From NCBI GenBank assembly GCA_001938485.1, contig MQRK01207995.1, positions 18,793 to 82,792 of the forward strand: a stretch of DNA of 64,000 nt, written 5' to 3'. The stretch is from Girardia tigrina. Taxonomy: Eukaryota. The position numbers and the translations under genes were made by a program. The notes beneath the pieces are model-generated. The model was not told where the DNA came from. It made no database searches and saw only the letters and a program-made list of their open reading frames with translations. Of this stretch, positions 13,701 to 24,624 are shown in pieces (within the stretch, counting starts at the first letter, position 1; each line of letters opens with the position of its first letter).

Positions 13701-16700
13701 CATCGATATGTACGTTTGTGAATAAACTGGAGACATCAAATGAGACCATACACTCAGAATCACATTTCGGTACCTGATTCAAAATGAAATCTTTTAAGTC
13801 AAAGCTATCCCTAATCTCGAAATCATTTGAAATTAAAGGACTCAATAGTGAATCAAGTTCTGTGAATAAAATAATGAACAAGCAGGCACTTAAAGAACTT
13901 AATAATGTATTAGTTTTTTTGATTCATTTGTTTGAACGAATCAGTTATTATGAAATTATGATTGCTAATAAAAATTATTCCTGATTATCGATTTCATTTC
14001 TTGGTTGATTATTATCATTTTATTACAATCATTATATGAAAGAATTGAGTTTTATGAAAAATTTTGCGTTGAGCGAGTTTGCTGCTGTGATCTCGAAAAC
14101 AGCGGAAGTTCCGATAGAACGCGTTAAATTGTTGGTTGAAACCTAAGAGGAAATGTTGATACAAGGTCTCATTGACCGACCTTACAACATCGACCGTTTA
14201 AAAGATCGATTACACGATTGTCACATTTTGAAATGAATGTTTAGTTCCATTTTTGAGAGGAAATCTGGCAAATTGCATCCGGTATTTCCTGACACAGGCG
14301 TTAAATTGTGCGTTTAAAGATAATATGAAAGTGCTGTTTAATGCGTCAAAAAATAATACATATTTTGCGACCAATGCCGCAAGAAGAGAAAGGAAAACGG
14401 CCCTCATTAGGGCCACAATTTATGATTGGAGGTTGTCGCTCCACGATTTCAGAGAGCGAGAAATGGCCGTCAGATGACCAAGAAAATTAAAATCGGCAGT
14501 AAAAAAACTTGTAAATAAATCAGCGTGATGATTTGATGGAAATGTAAACAAACATTTTTTTATAAAATATATATAAATTTATTTTAATATTTGTCCCGTT
14601 TATTCTTTATAAAATATATCTTATTTACTATTATAAATTTTGGCTTTCAAAAATTGTCCCATTTATTTTGGTTGTCGCGTCCCGTTTATTTTTTCAATGG
14701 AATTTTGTCCCGAGAAATGGGAACCTACAGTAGTTTCATTTGTCAGGAATTAATAATACAAAAGGTAAAAGACCGATTTCGATTAATTACTACATTCAAC
14801 GTTGCGGGAATAGAGTCTGTAGAAAAGAATAATTATGACCCAATGATGCAACGGTAGTAAATAAGGCTTTAGGTCAATTGGTCTAGAAATAAATAAGGAC
14901 TGAGGGCGAAAAGTAATACTAACTTTAAATCTCTATAACTCCAACATAAATTCACAAATTACAAAAACTAATCAAGTAGGCTGTTGTTTGAATAAATCAA
15001 AATAAAATTCATTTTTTAATTTCATTCTTCATGAATATGTCGTCACAAACAGGAAGTCGCGAATTAATTATTCGTTTATTTCAAGAAAATCCACATTCAA
15101 GTCAGAAAACAATCGCCAGAAAGGCAAAGGTTTGTCAGAAAACAGTTTCTAACGTTATTAAAAACTTCAATGAGAACTTGAAAGTTTTTAGAAAAATTGG
15201 TTCGGGAAGAAGAAAGGGTTTTTCGTGTACACAGAACGTGAAGAAAGTAAAAGCTGTTAGAGAGAAATCCTCGTCTATCAATTCGAAAACTGATGGTAAA
15301 GCCAAATTGTAGCGAGAAAAAAGTTCGGAAAATTAAACAGTCTGTGGGTTTAAAAGCGTAAAGTTCAAACACTACCAGACCGGAACGCTAACAAGAAAGT
15401 AAAGGCACAGCAGCGAGTCAGAAAGTTTAAATCTGATTTTCTTTCGAAGAAAAGATTTTGCATTATGGATGATGAGACTTATGTGCTATGCTAGTTTTTA
15501 CAGCTACCCGGTCAAGAATTTTACTCTGCAACTAAGAGAGGAGGAGTTGAAGAAAAATTTAGAAGAAAGAAAAAATCTAAGTTTCCCAAAAAAATTCTTG
15601 TTTGGCAGGCTATATGTGGATGCGGGAAAAGGAGTAAATGCTTTGTCACATCTGGCACAATACACACAGAAGTATATGTGAAGGAGTGCTTGCAAAAGCG
15701 TTTATTACCATTCATAAGTCAGCACGGAGGTTTTACTTTCTTTTGGCCGGATTTGTCATCGTGCCACTTTAGTAAGGCAGCCAAGAAGTGGTACGAAGAC
15801 AATAACGTCGATCTGGTGCCAGGAGAGTCAAACCCACCAAATTGTCCAGAGCTTCGCCCAATCGAAAGATTTTGGGCCCTTGTAAAAAGGTAATTAAAGA
15901 CGACAAACAAGAGGGCACAGACAATTGCAGATTTTCGGAACAAGTGGAATAATGCAGCCAAAAACGTAACAGAAACTACAATTGCAAGTCTAATGGCAGG
16001 CATTCCGGAAAAGCTCGCTGAATTTATTAAAAAAATAAATAATCTTTCTTAGATTACTAAAATTATTTTGAATGAAACACGTTTTTCAAAACAGTCGGTA
16101 TTTTTCAATCAAGAATATGGTTTTGAAGATAGAGTATTTTAAAATTAGTATTATTAGTTCATACCAGAAAGAATGAGACTTAAGAAATGTCAATATCATT
16201 TTTAACGTGCAATGTAAAAAACAACACTGTGTAATACATTCATTCATAATCACCATTCTTCTTTATAACATTAGAGAGTCATTGTATCAGTTTTCCCATC
16301 TCAAGTGACCATCGATCAGCAGAAATATTTTTCAGTTGTGATGTAATGAATTGATGTAACTCATCTGCAGATTGAAAATGGGTTTCGTGTCGCTGATCTT
16401 CCAAGTAAGGGTGAATAAAGCGATCCAAGATCATGGGAATATGGTGATTGACGGAGCAAGGTAACATTCTTGTTTGCGAGAAACATGGACGTCACTTTGG
16501 AAACATGAGGCCTCGCGTTGTCTTGCGCGAAAATCATGTTCTTCCAGTTGAGTGGAAACACATGTCGACTAAACTTCTTCTCCATATTAACAAGAAAAGT
16601 GACATAACGCTCGCTATTCATGCTTTCTCTCTCCTGCAGCAGTTCGCAATGATATTTTCCAGTAAAGGACACTGCGATGACAGACATGATTTTTCTGTCA

Positions 16701-19700
16701 AACTGGCTACGCTTCACGACATGAATGGGTTCACTGTGATCACCATCAGGGGACACCCAGCAACGGTTGCTTCTTTTCTTGTCAACAATTCTCATGTAAA
16801 ATCACTTCTCATCCACCATCACAATATGTTCATGTTGGTGTTTGCTTTTCAAAATTTTTAACCATTCCTTTGCAGTAGTGACACGATTAACATTTTGATC
16901 ATTTGACAATGCATGAGGAACCCACTTACAGGCAACAGACCGAAAGCCCAAATGGTCACTCACAATACCTGAATGGTTCCATGGCTGAGGGATGTCTCAT
17001 CTTCAATTTCATCAATGGTCACTGCACCATTGGCGTTAATAATTCCAGAGACCAACAAAATATTTTCAGGGGTTGTTTTTGTTGATTTTCTCCTGCAGTT
17101 TTCCCAAACAAAAGAAGTCCAATTCAATTATCCCCCGATACACTGTAGATTCTCCAAAACTGTCAGCACAATGAACAGAGATAATTTCCTGATAAATTTC
17201 ACTTCCCGTTATGCCGAGTGAATAACTGGAGAAGGTATAGAAACGAAGATTTTTTTCTATTTTCCGCCATCATACAGACAAATAAATCAACCAATATTCA
17301 AACAAGTATTCAATAAATATTTCTGTCAATATTTTTTTAACTATTACATATTTTTACTCTTTATATGTTACTATATACTGCGCAAGTAATTTCCGCATTT
17401 ACAGATCACAAACATAGAAATATAACATCATTCTCACTCTTTCTGGTACGAACCGATATTTTTCGCACTCAGTCCTTAAATTATCCTAACAAGAAATTTA
17501 TCTAAAATTAAACTCGATTAAAATAAATCCGTTGAAAATAAATTTGTCTAAAATTACGATATACAGACTTGGGATGATGAAATGAGTGGCTTAAAAATTT
17601 TAGATGTTACGCCAATTTGTTTTAGACCAATTGGTCGGCTACCGTAAATAAAACACTTCATTCAATTCAATCCAGGACATCAACTATCGAAAAACGATTT
17701 TAGCACTGCTCTCGGAGAAGCAGAAGAACATCACACCCCACTGTGGTTAAAATACTGAAGAAATGTCCTAGTATGTGTTAAATATTGACGATTTAATGTA
17801 ACCTACAGATATTTTTTCCATTTTTCTTCGTCGATTTCGAATGGTTTTCCACTTTTCTGGCGGTAAAAACAGTGCTGCACAAATGGATAATTAAGTTATT
17901 AAAAGATCTTTAAATGTGTTTGTTTTCTTTTCTGATCTCGTAAAAGTAAAAATCCACTGACATCGAGATAGATAGATAGATTTTAATTGTCTATTTCAAT
18001 ATGAGTCTCTGGACTTGTTGTGTCATCGGCCGACAAGTTCAAATAATCAACATGAACATTAGTTATTAAATTAATTATTAAAAATATTTAATCAAATAAA
18101 ATTAAGTCAATAGATCTTTTAAAATAGGTTCTAAATCTATAAATATTTTTCAAAAGTATTAATAATAAATAAAAGAGAATGTGCCACCTCGAGGATGATT
18201 GACAAGAGCTCATTGGCCTCCTTATGGAGTGCTTGACTCAAACTAGAGAGCGCAAACACAGGCAAGTCTCTATTGCTGAATATTTCAATCATATTGCTGA
18301 TTAGTGTCTGGTTGCGACACGCGTTGGCCTCATTGTCATTCTGCAATCCTGTTGTATAATCATCAACATTAATAGCTTGTCGTTTCATCATTAATCAATA
18401 ATCGAACCCGTCAAAACGTTAATAAACGATTTATGTTCGCTCTGGCTGATATATAATAGTTTTATATACGCTGTTAACTTGATGAAATATAATAAATTGA
18501 TTTTTTCTTCATAAAACCGTTGATCGATTTGTAAATGTAACCAGATAAAATCCTCTTCATTGATCGTCTATAACAAATCGTAATTAATGTTTCTTTTCAG
18601 TCAAAGAAAAATTGTCGTCATTTCCGTATTACCGACAAGAACCATCAGTAATAATTTTGGTTCAAATTTCTGCTTTAACCCTTCGAAACTCAATATTTTA
18701 AAAAGGTATTTTAAAGGTATTTTAAAAGGTATTTCTTAAAAGGTACTAATAAATCACCGATGTTGTATAGAGCGGTGTGAAACAGATATGCAACAGTGAT
18801 TTGAAATGTGATATGTTAATAGTTAGATATCCTGTAAGAGTTACAACGGTTTGTTACAGAAGTGTCACACCATGTTAAGAAGAGTTTTAGATGCCTGTTA
18901 CAAACAATATGCGGAAGTGAAGGAGTTAAACAGGCATCTCAGAAGAGATCACGAAGGAGTAGAGCCAATCCGGCGGAAGAAGAGAGAGAAGAAAACCCAG
19001 CTACGTCAGAAGAAAGGAAAATATCAACGTCAACACTGTCCGAGGGAATACAAGACCGCTGGTTTCCTAAGGATTCATATTCAGAAGAATCATCAAGAAG
19101 CGCCAATATCCAATGCCCAGAGAGAAGAAAACTTGGAAGAAGAGAACGAGGAAGAGTCGACATCAAACCAATCCAATCCTCAGTTGCCGGACGCAACTGT
19201 GAGTATGCCGAGGAGACAGCCGAACGACAATGCCGAAGAGACGCACCTACAATACCGACTGCCAGCCGATTACAAGACTGCAAGAGGACAATTCAAGTGT
19301 CCGTTTCACGGTTGTTATGCGTCCACCGTAACAGCCAACGGCATGTACGGCCATGGTACCAAGTTCTATGGTTGGTCGTTCGTGACTGGCAAGCCGACTG
19401 CTCAGAGGTGGAAGACCACTGACCCCGTAGGAGGCCTATCGGGGGGCCCTTAAGGACTTTAGTTTCGGTGGACCCTCTAAAGAGCCTTAGGCTCAATACC
19501 ATTACAGAGATGGGAGGCCCACGAAGAGTTAATTATCAATTTTTGAAGATGTTTTTTGTTAAATATCATAAAAAATATAATAATAACACATGATTTCCAA
19601 AATGAAATCGATTTTAAAAAAATAACTAAATTCTAAATATTTATGAAAAATGTGAAAGATAAAATGAAAAACTTTTTTCCAAAAAAAATAATAAATTTGT

Positions 19701-22700
19701 ACCGAGTTCTCATTTCATTATAATTAATTCAACATTGACAATTAAATTTATAAGAGTTAATAAAACGTACATGAAGTCTTTCGTGGGTAACTTGATAAGT
19801 ATGACGACAATGCAAATTAAAGTGATTTTTTAACAAAATAATTTTTAGAAATTTTTCAAAGTAAAATTATTTAAAATCGTAATAAAAAATTTTTTATTTA
19901 ATTTTAATTGCATCGATAATGATTTTTTTTAATTATTTGGAAAAATAATATTTTCAAACATTATTATGAAAATTTCAAAACTATTTCCGAAGTTCAGCAT
20001 CCGTTATTTTTATTTTTCAATTAAAATTATAATTAATTTATTTTTTAAATGATTTTTAACATTATTCCATCAATATTTTAAGATCTTCTTTCTTTTTGAC
20101 CTTAGCCGTTGGACCGTGGGTGCACCCAATTATAAACAAGCCTTCGCTACATCTTTCTATTTGTAGTTTCTTTTCTCAGGTATTTCATACTCAGTCCAGT
20201 CCATTCTTTTAAATCGTCCATTCATTGCCTCTTTGGTCTTCCTCTAGGTCTTTCTCCTTCCACTCTTCCATCAATCATAACCTTTGCTAGTGCTTGTTTT
20301 CTTATTTGATGACCGTTTTCAGAGGTATCGGTACCCGTGGTAAATGGCCCCAGTGCCCTCGTGACCATACTTACGCTCCTCCGTAACCAGCAGTTAAAGT
20401 CTCCCGCAACAATAACCTTGGCGCCAGTACGGGATGCAGTTAGCTCGGCAGATGTGATGGTATTATGTAAAAGCGTGTAGAAGTTATCCTTTGATTTTAT
20501 ATCACAGCTGGAGTCAGTGGGACTATAACATCCAATTATGATTAATTTAGCCCTAACAATATATGCTCTAAAAATTCGATCAGATATCGGTTCAAAATTT
20601 ATGGATTCGTTCCTCCTGACTACGAGTCCCACACCACCAAGCCGAATCATTCCCATTTCAGGTCCACTATTATATAAAGTCAGATTTAGGAAGTCCTCGG
20701 TATTTTTCCCCCAGCGATGTGTTTCCGTCAAGACTAAAGCCAGGAGGTTCAGATCCATAAATAGAGAGTCGATACTTAATAATTTGACATCATCTAATCC
20801 GCGTACATTCCATAAACCGAACTTGCATTCTCTTGGGACGATTTCCGTCGTCCCGACCGGGCCTAGCACACTTTTACCCAAGTCCATAAAATCCCCCGTT
20901 TTATTATTTATTATTGAGAACGCTGCGAGTTTATGACGGAGACACTGGCTTGCAGGGCCGTTGTGAATCCCATTTGGGTGCTGGTTGGTCACGACCCTTC
21001 GGCACACCCTGTGACCTCTTATGATCGAAAACGTACAAACGAATAGAATTACATCGACTTGTTAATCAGGAGCGGAAACTCCTTCTCAAAGAAATGGGAA
21101 TACTACTAGTACATCAGACCAGCAGACTCCCATTCCGGCACCGAGGTGCTGTTCAGGAAATCCGCGAATTTCCTACTCAAAAGAGGAGCGGTTAGTGTTT
21201 ATGGATTCCCCGTCTGAGACTTATACTCCATATGAACTGAAGATACCACACGAGTGCAGTGATCCTCTGTTACTGTTTCTAATCCACTCCTCCGGATTTC
21301 AGATATCCCTATCTATGAGGTCCACACCCACATACAACAAACAACTCTATTTCTTATTTTCAGCTTCCTTCTCTTGATGATCTATTCTATTGATTCCGGT
21401 CTTTTACCTAGTATTTCTATCACTCTTCTCCAAACAAAGTCATTTGTCTTCTTTTCTTTCCAAGTGATCTTCAGCATTCTCCTGTAGCACTTCATTTCAA
21501 ACGCTTTACGTCTATCCATACTCTTCTGATTTATTGTCCAACTCTCGCATCCATAGAGGAGTGTTGTCCAGACAATAGCATTAGTGATCTTTAATCTGCT
21601 CTTGAGATGGATTTCTTTGAGGTTAAAAACTGTGCTAAGTTTAATCATTGCACTTGTTGATATACCAATCCTACTTCTGATTTCTTCTTCGCTTACCCCA
21701 TTCCCTGTGATAGTAGAGCCTAAATATTTGAAACTCTTAACTTGTTCCAGCTTCTCCCCTTCAATGAAAATCTCACGTTTAACCTCGTTGTTATGGTTTC
21801 CTGAAACCATTACTTTGCTTTTTTGTCTGTTGATTTCCATTCCAAATTTGTTTGACACTTTGTGTAATCTGTTCGTAAGTTCCTAAATCTCTGCCTCATC
21901 TTTGCCGATTATGTCTATATCATCAGCAAATCGTAGGTTGGTTATTCTTGTTCCTCCGCCGCTTATTCCAACATCGTTTAGATCGTCTATTGCTTCCATA
22001 ACAATTCTCTCAAGAAAAAGGTTGAACAGTGTTGGTGAAAGAATGCAACCTTGTCTTACTCATACTGATGATTTTAACCAGTCGCTAAATTGCTCACTTG
22101 TCAACACTTTTGTCTTTGCGTCTTCGTAAAGGCTCTTAATAATTTTCGTGACGTTTTCCTATGTTGTGTTTATTTTAAGATACAAAACCCTTAATTTTTC
22201 ATTTTATTTTGTAAAGGAATCAGGACTTTTTGGAGACGCCGTTTTGGCGTTGAACCTTTTTTTGGTAATGTGGAAACAATATGGAAACGCCCATAACTCT
22301 TTTTTAATATGAAAAATGGTATTTAATATGAAAAAATATCGATTTAATATAAAAAATTATCAAATTAATATGAAATAAATCACTCAAATCATATGAAAAA
22401 TAACTATGAATAAAAATTTTACATTTTTAGTTTATTTTGCATAATAAATTGAAATTTTTTTCAAGTTTAATTTATATTTTTTCATAGTAAATTAATATTT
22501 TTTCGTATTGAATTAATTTTTTTTAAAAATTGTCGACCTCGTGAATTTGGCAAGTCGTTTGCATAATACACGAATTTCCTATAGTGTATATATTACCACA
22601 AAAAGAACTACGGGCGTTTTCATATTACTAAAAAAAGGTTCAGTGCCAAAATGTCGCATACTCGATTTTAAATTGTATTTAAATTATTTTTAATTTAATT

Positions 22701-24624
22701 CCGTCAATATTTAGAGGTATAAAACCCTTAATTTTTCATTTTATTCCGTCAATATTTAAAGGTACAAAACCCTTAATTTTTAATTTTATTCCGTCAATAT
22801 TTAAAGGTACAAAACCATTAATTTTTCATTTTATTCCGTCAATATTTAAAGGTACAAACCATTAATTTTTCATTTTATTCTGTCAATATTTTAAGGTACA
22901 AACCCCTTAATTTTTCATTTTATTCCGTCAATATTTAAAAGTACAAAACCCTTATTTTTTCATTTTATTCCGTCAATATTTAAAGGTACAAAACCCTTAA
23001 TTTTTCATTTTATTTTGTAAAATTATGTCTTGAATTCTCAATTAAGAAAATAGCGAAAAACTTTTGTAATTTCTTTTTTTTTAATTTTAATTTTGATGAA
23101 AATTGTTATCTTTATTTCAAAATTAATGAAAGAAACCTCTGAATAAAAAAAACAAAATGTTCAAATATATCACAAAAAATATCAAATAATTATATTGAAT
23201 TTTTCGACAAAAAATATGTAATTTATTGTCGACTTCTCTGTTAATCTATCCCTGACATAATTTTACAAAAATAAATAAAATCAAAATATTTATTATTTTT
23301 TTAATTAATTTAAATTTACAAAACACAAAAAATAAAAAATTATTAATTTTGATTTTTTTCTGATAAATAATAATAATAATAATAAAATCAAAAAAATAAT
23401 ATCAAAATAGCTAAAAAATAATCATATAATTTGTAAATATTGTAAAAACTTAATTATTAATAATTCTGATTTATGTAATTCATTTTTTATTTTGTGGAAA
23501 ATTTTGATATTTATTTTGAAATTATTTTTTTTTAATATTGTTAATAAAAATTTTAAGATATCCATCAAAAAAATTTAAAATAAATCGAAAAAAAATCCCC
23601 GAAATTATTTTTAATTTTTAACATTTTTTAAATTTATTTTATTTCATGAAAAAATGAGAAATTTGAAATAAAAATTATTTCTTTCGCTCCAGTAAATTTT
23701 GGAAAATTATCTCACTACTAAAATCATTTGTTTCTTCGGTTTTTATTTTTATTTCTGCCGTTAATTTTTTTGCGTATTTTCATTCAAAAATTATTAACAA
23801 ATCGAATATCATTTTTTTCATAAATATTTTTCGGAAAAATAATTCCTGTAATTTATTTTTGTATCTTTATATTTATTTGGAAGATCTTGAGAAATATTTT
23901 TAATTTTTTACATTTAAAAAATTTATTTTATTATATAAAAAAAAGAAAAATGTGAAATAAAAATTGTTTCTTTCGCTCCAGTAAATTTGGAAATTGTCTC
24001 AGCACAAGAGTCGCTTGTTTCTTCAGTTTATTTATTTTTTTTATTTCGGCTGTTAAAAAATATTTTTTGCATATTTTCCTTCAAAAATTATTATCAAATT
24101 GTATTTCAATTTTATTTCATAATTATTTTTGGAGAAAAACAAATTTTTGTAATTAATTTTTTTATTTTATTTTTTTGAATATTGTTAAAAAATTTAAAAT
24201 ATCAATCAAGATATTTTGAGATATATCATGGAAAATTGCTCGAAAATTATTTTTTCATATTTCACACTTTATAAATTTATTTTATTTCATGAAAAAAGCG
24301 AAATTTGATACAAAAATTATTTCTTTAGTTTGCGTAAAAATGGAAATTGACTCAGCACAAAAGTCACTTGTTTCTTCAGTTTATTGATCAGTCCAGTTAT
24401 TCCAAAGTGCTTGATGCACTGGTTATTATCGAGATACAAATCGAAGCAATGGTGCAATGTTTTACTATTGTCGATAAAATCGACTAATTCTTGATGATTG
24501 CTGCCATTGAAATAAAATTGGCTTATTTTTTCTTTCATTGTATTTAAATCATATCTTAAAAAATTGGGTTTTTGTTTTTTTTTTCAAGATATACAAAAGT
24601 GATTTTTTACTTTATCTCGTCCAT
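2711..24624 (-). CDS. IPO13: Importin-13-like karyopherin-beta (HEAT repeats), 5' part; continues past window start
   Basis: Exons 24611-24624, 24368-24554, 18408-18567, 18188-18348, 11196-11395, 7885-8062, 2711-2968 splice in frame. [16 protein letters not shown] ~ IQYFGASALHIKISRY; [15 protein letters not shown] ~ SELFDSSVEAIVNAI; [13 protein letters not shown] ~ MIMFCTGIPGHYP. Divergent; transportin-3 not excluded. Confidence 0.7.
3420..3955. repeat. Dispersed repeat, inverted copy at about 10535-11025
   Basis: ttatgttcgaatagtcaatcactttaaatttaaataaaaaatacc is the reverse complement of sequence near 10635-10680; partial third copy near 28040. Confidence 0.8.
4350..5410 (-). mobile_element. 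Degenerate mariner transposase
   Basis: N-terminal [12 protein letters not shown]...WFRKF; HNNAKPHTA and HPSYSPHL (YSPDL-like) motifs; frameshifted. Confidence 0.9.
6450..7495 (+). mobile_element. Non-autonomous Helitron
   Basis: A|TC 5' end with TATATATA and GTTT repeats; 3' hairpin acccgt...acgggt (7464-7485) then CTAG|T; internal ~345-bp direct repeats. Confidence 0.8.
7885..8062 (-). CDS. IPO13: Importin-13-like exon 6
   Basis: aacag acceptor (phase 2 matches exon 5), ctc|gtgaga donor. Confidence 0.75.
8250..9100 (+). mobile_element. Degenerate LINE 3' fragment with three C2H2 zinc fingers
   Basis: [64 protein letters not shown]; stops present; related to 18851-19453. Confidence 0.55.
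9876..10305. mobile_element. pogo/Tigger-type MITE inserted in a Tc1-like remnant
   Basis: TA-flanked TIRs ccgtagtcacccaaatataatgctccc / gggagcattatacttgggtaattacgg. Confidence 0.75.
10535..11025. repeat. Inverted copy of 3420-3955 repeat
   Basis: Reverse-complement similarity over about 500 bp. Confidence 0.8.
11196..11395 (-). CDS. IPO13: Importin-13-like exon 5
   Basis: atcag acceptor, tc|gtgagt donor. Confidence 0.75.
11570..12010. repeat. Dispersed repeat, inverted copy at about 37400-37720
   Basis: ttttacgaccttaaaaagtt...ctacttataatttataagtag matches reverse complement at 37480-37600. Confidence 0.7.
12113..12160 (-). ncRNA. Minimal type I hammerhead ribozyme (PLE pLTR)
   Basis: attg CTGATGA t gatgt-atgtaa-acatc GAAA catg TC caat: intact core, stem II, palindromic stem III, GUC cleavage site. 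Confidence 0.85.
12393..12440 (-). ncRNA. Minimal type I hammerhead ribozyme, second tandem copy
   Basis: Identical to 12113-12160, 280 bp away. Confidence 0.8.
14039..14366 (+). pseudogene. ADP/ATP translocase (SLC25 ANT) pseudogene fragment, N-terminal part
   Basis: [49 protein letters not shown]...[22 protein letters not shown]; stop and frameshifts. Confidence 0.9.
14896..17476 (+). mobile_element. Tc1-family transposon (transposase 15031-16040, broken)
   Basis: TA-flanked TIRs aggactgagggcgaaaa / ttttcgcactcagtcct; [31 protein letters not shown]. Confidence 0.92.
16154..17456 (-). mobile_element. mariner transposon inserted within the right TIR of the Tc1 element
   Basis: TA TSD, TIRs ttagttcataccagaaagaatgaga / tctcactctttctggtacgaaccga; [20 protein letters not shown]. 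Confidence 0.92.
17966..18060 (-). mobile_element. Probable LINE 3' terminus (stem-loop plus TCTA tail)
   Basis: gaacttgtcgg...caacaagtcc hairpin followed by (TCTA)n. Confidence 0.35.
18188..18567 (-). CDS. IPO13: Importin-13-like exons 3-4
   Basis: 18408-18567 and 18188-18348 with a 59-nt phase-1 intron; an alternative acceptor at 18375 is possible. Confidence 0.65.
18840..19510 (+). mobile_element. LINE 3' fragment with C2H2 zinc fingers and structured 3' UTR
   Basis: 200-aa ORF with [53 protein letters not shown]; GC-rich hairpin after the stop. Confidence 0.55.
20085..22160 (-). mobile_element. 5'-truncated RTE-clade LINE (RT and C-terminus), interrupted
   Basis: [49 protein letters not shown]. 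Confidence 0.92.
20312..21355 (-). mobile_element. 5' UTR plus APE endonuclease of a second LINE inserted in or fused to the RTE
   Basis: [31 protein letters not shown]; splits RTE KRRKLK/GHQIRKQ. Confidence 0.85.
22233..22663. mobile_element. MITE with imperfect long TIRs (Mutator-like)
   Basis: gagacgccgttttggcgttgaaccttttttggtaat / attactaaaaaaaggttcagtgccaaaatgtcgcatactc. Confidence 0.5.
22697..23015. repeat. Minisatellite, about 45-nt unit, about 7 copies
   Basis: ttattccgtcaatatttaaaggtacaaaacccttaatttttcatt repeated. Confidence 0.95.
23600..24385. repeat. Degenerate tandem repeat (about 300-350 bp) overlapping the importin exon-2 donor
   Basis: Recurrent tttatttcatgaaaaaa...aaattg.aataaaaatt...ctcagcacaa...ttgtttcttcagtt at about 23640-23745, 23925-24030, 24280-24385. 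Confidence 0.75.
24368..24624 (-). CDS. IPO13: Importin-13-like exons 1-2 ([20 protein letters not shown]...KLKKQ)
   Basis: 14-nt first exon, 56-nt intron, caa|gtgact donor. Confidence 0.7.

Larger units (their letters stand above)
12055..13865 (-). mobile_element. Penelope-like retroelement: RT plus two tandem 280-bp pLTR units
   Basis: [37 protein letters not shown] motifs; frameshift near 13216; N gap 12593-13022. Confidence 0.92.

Noticed and set aside
22697-23015. CRISPR-like regular repeat
   Set aside because: Contiguous units with no unique spacers, eukaryotic context and no cas genes; an ordinary minisatellite.
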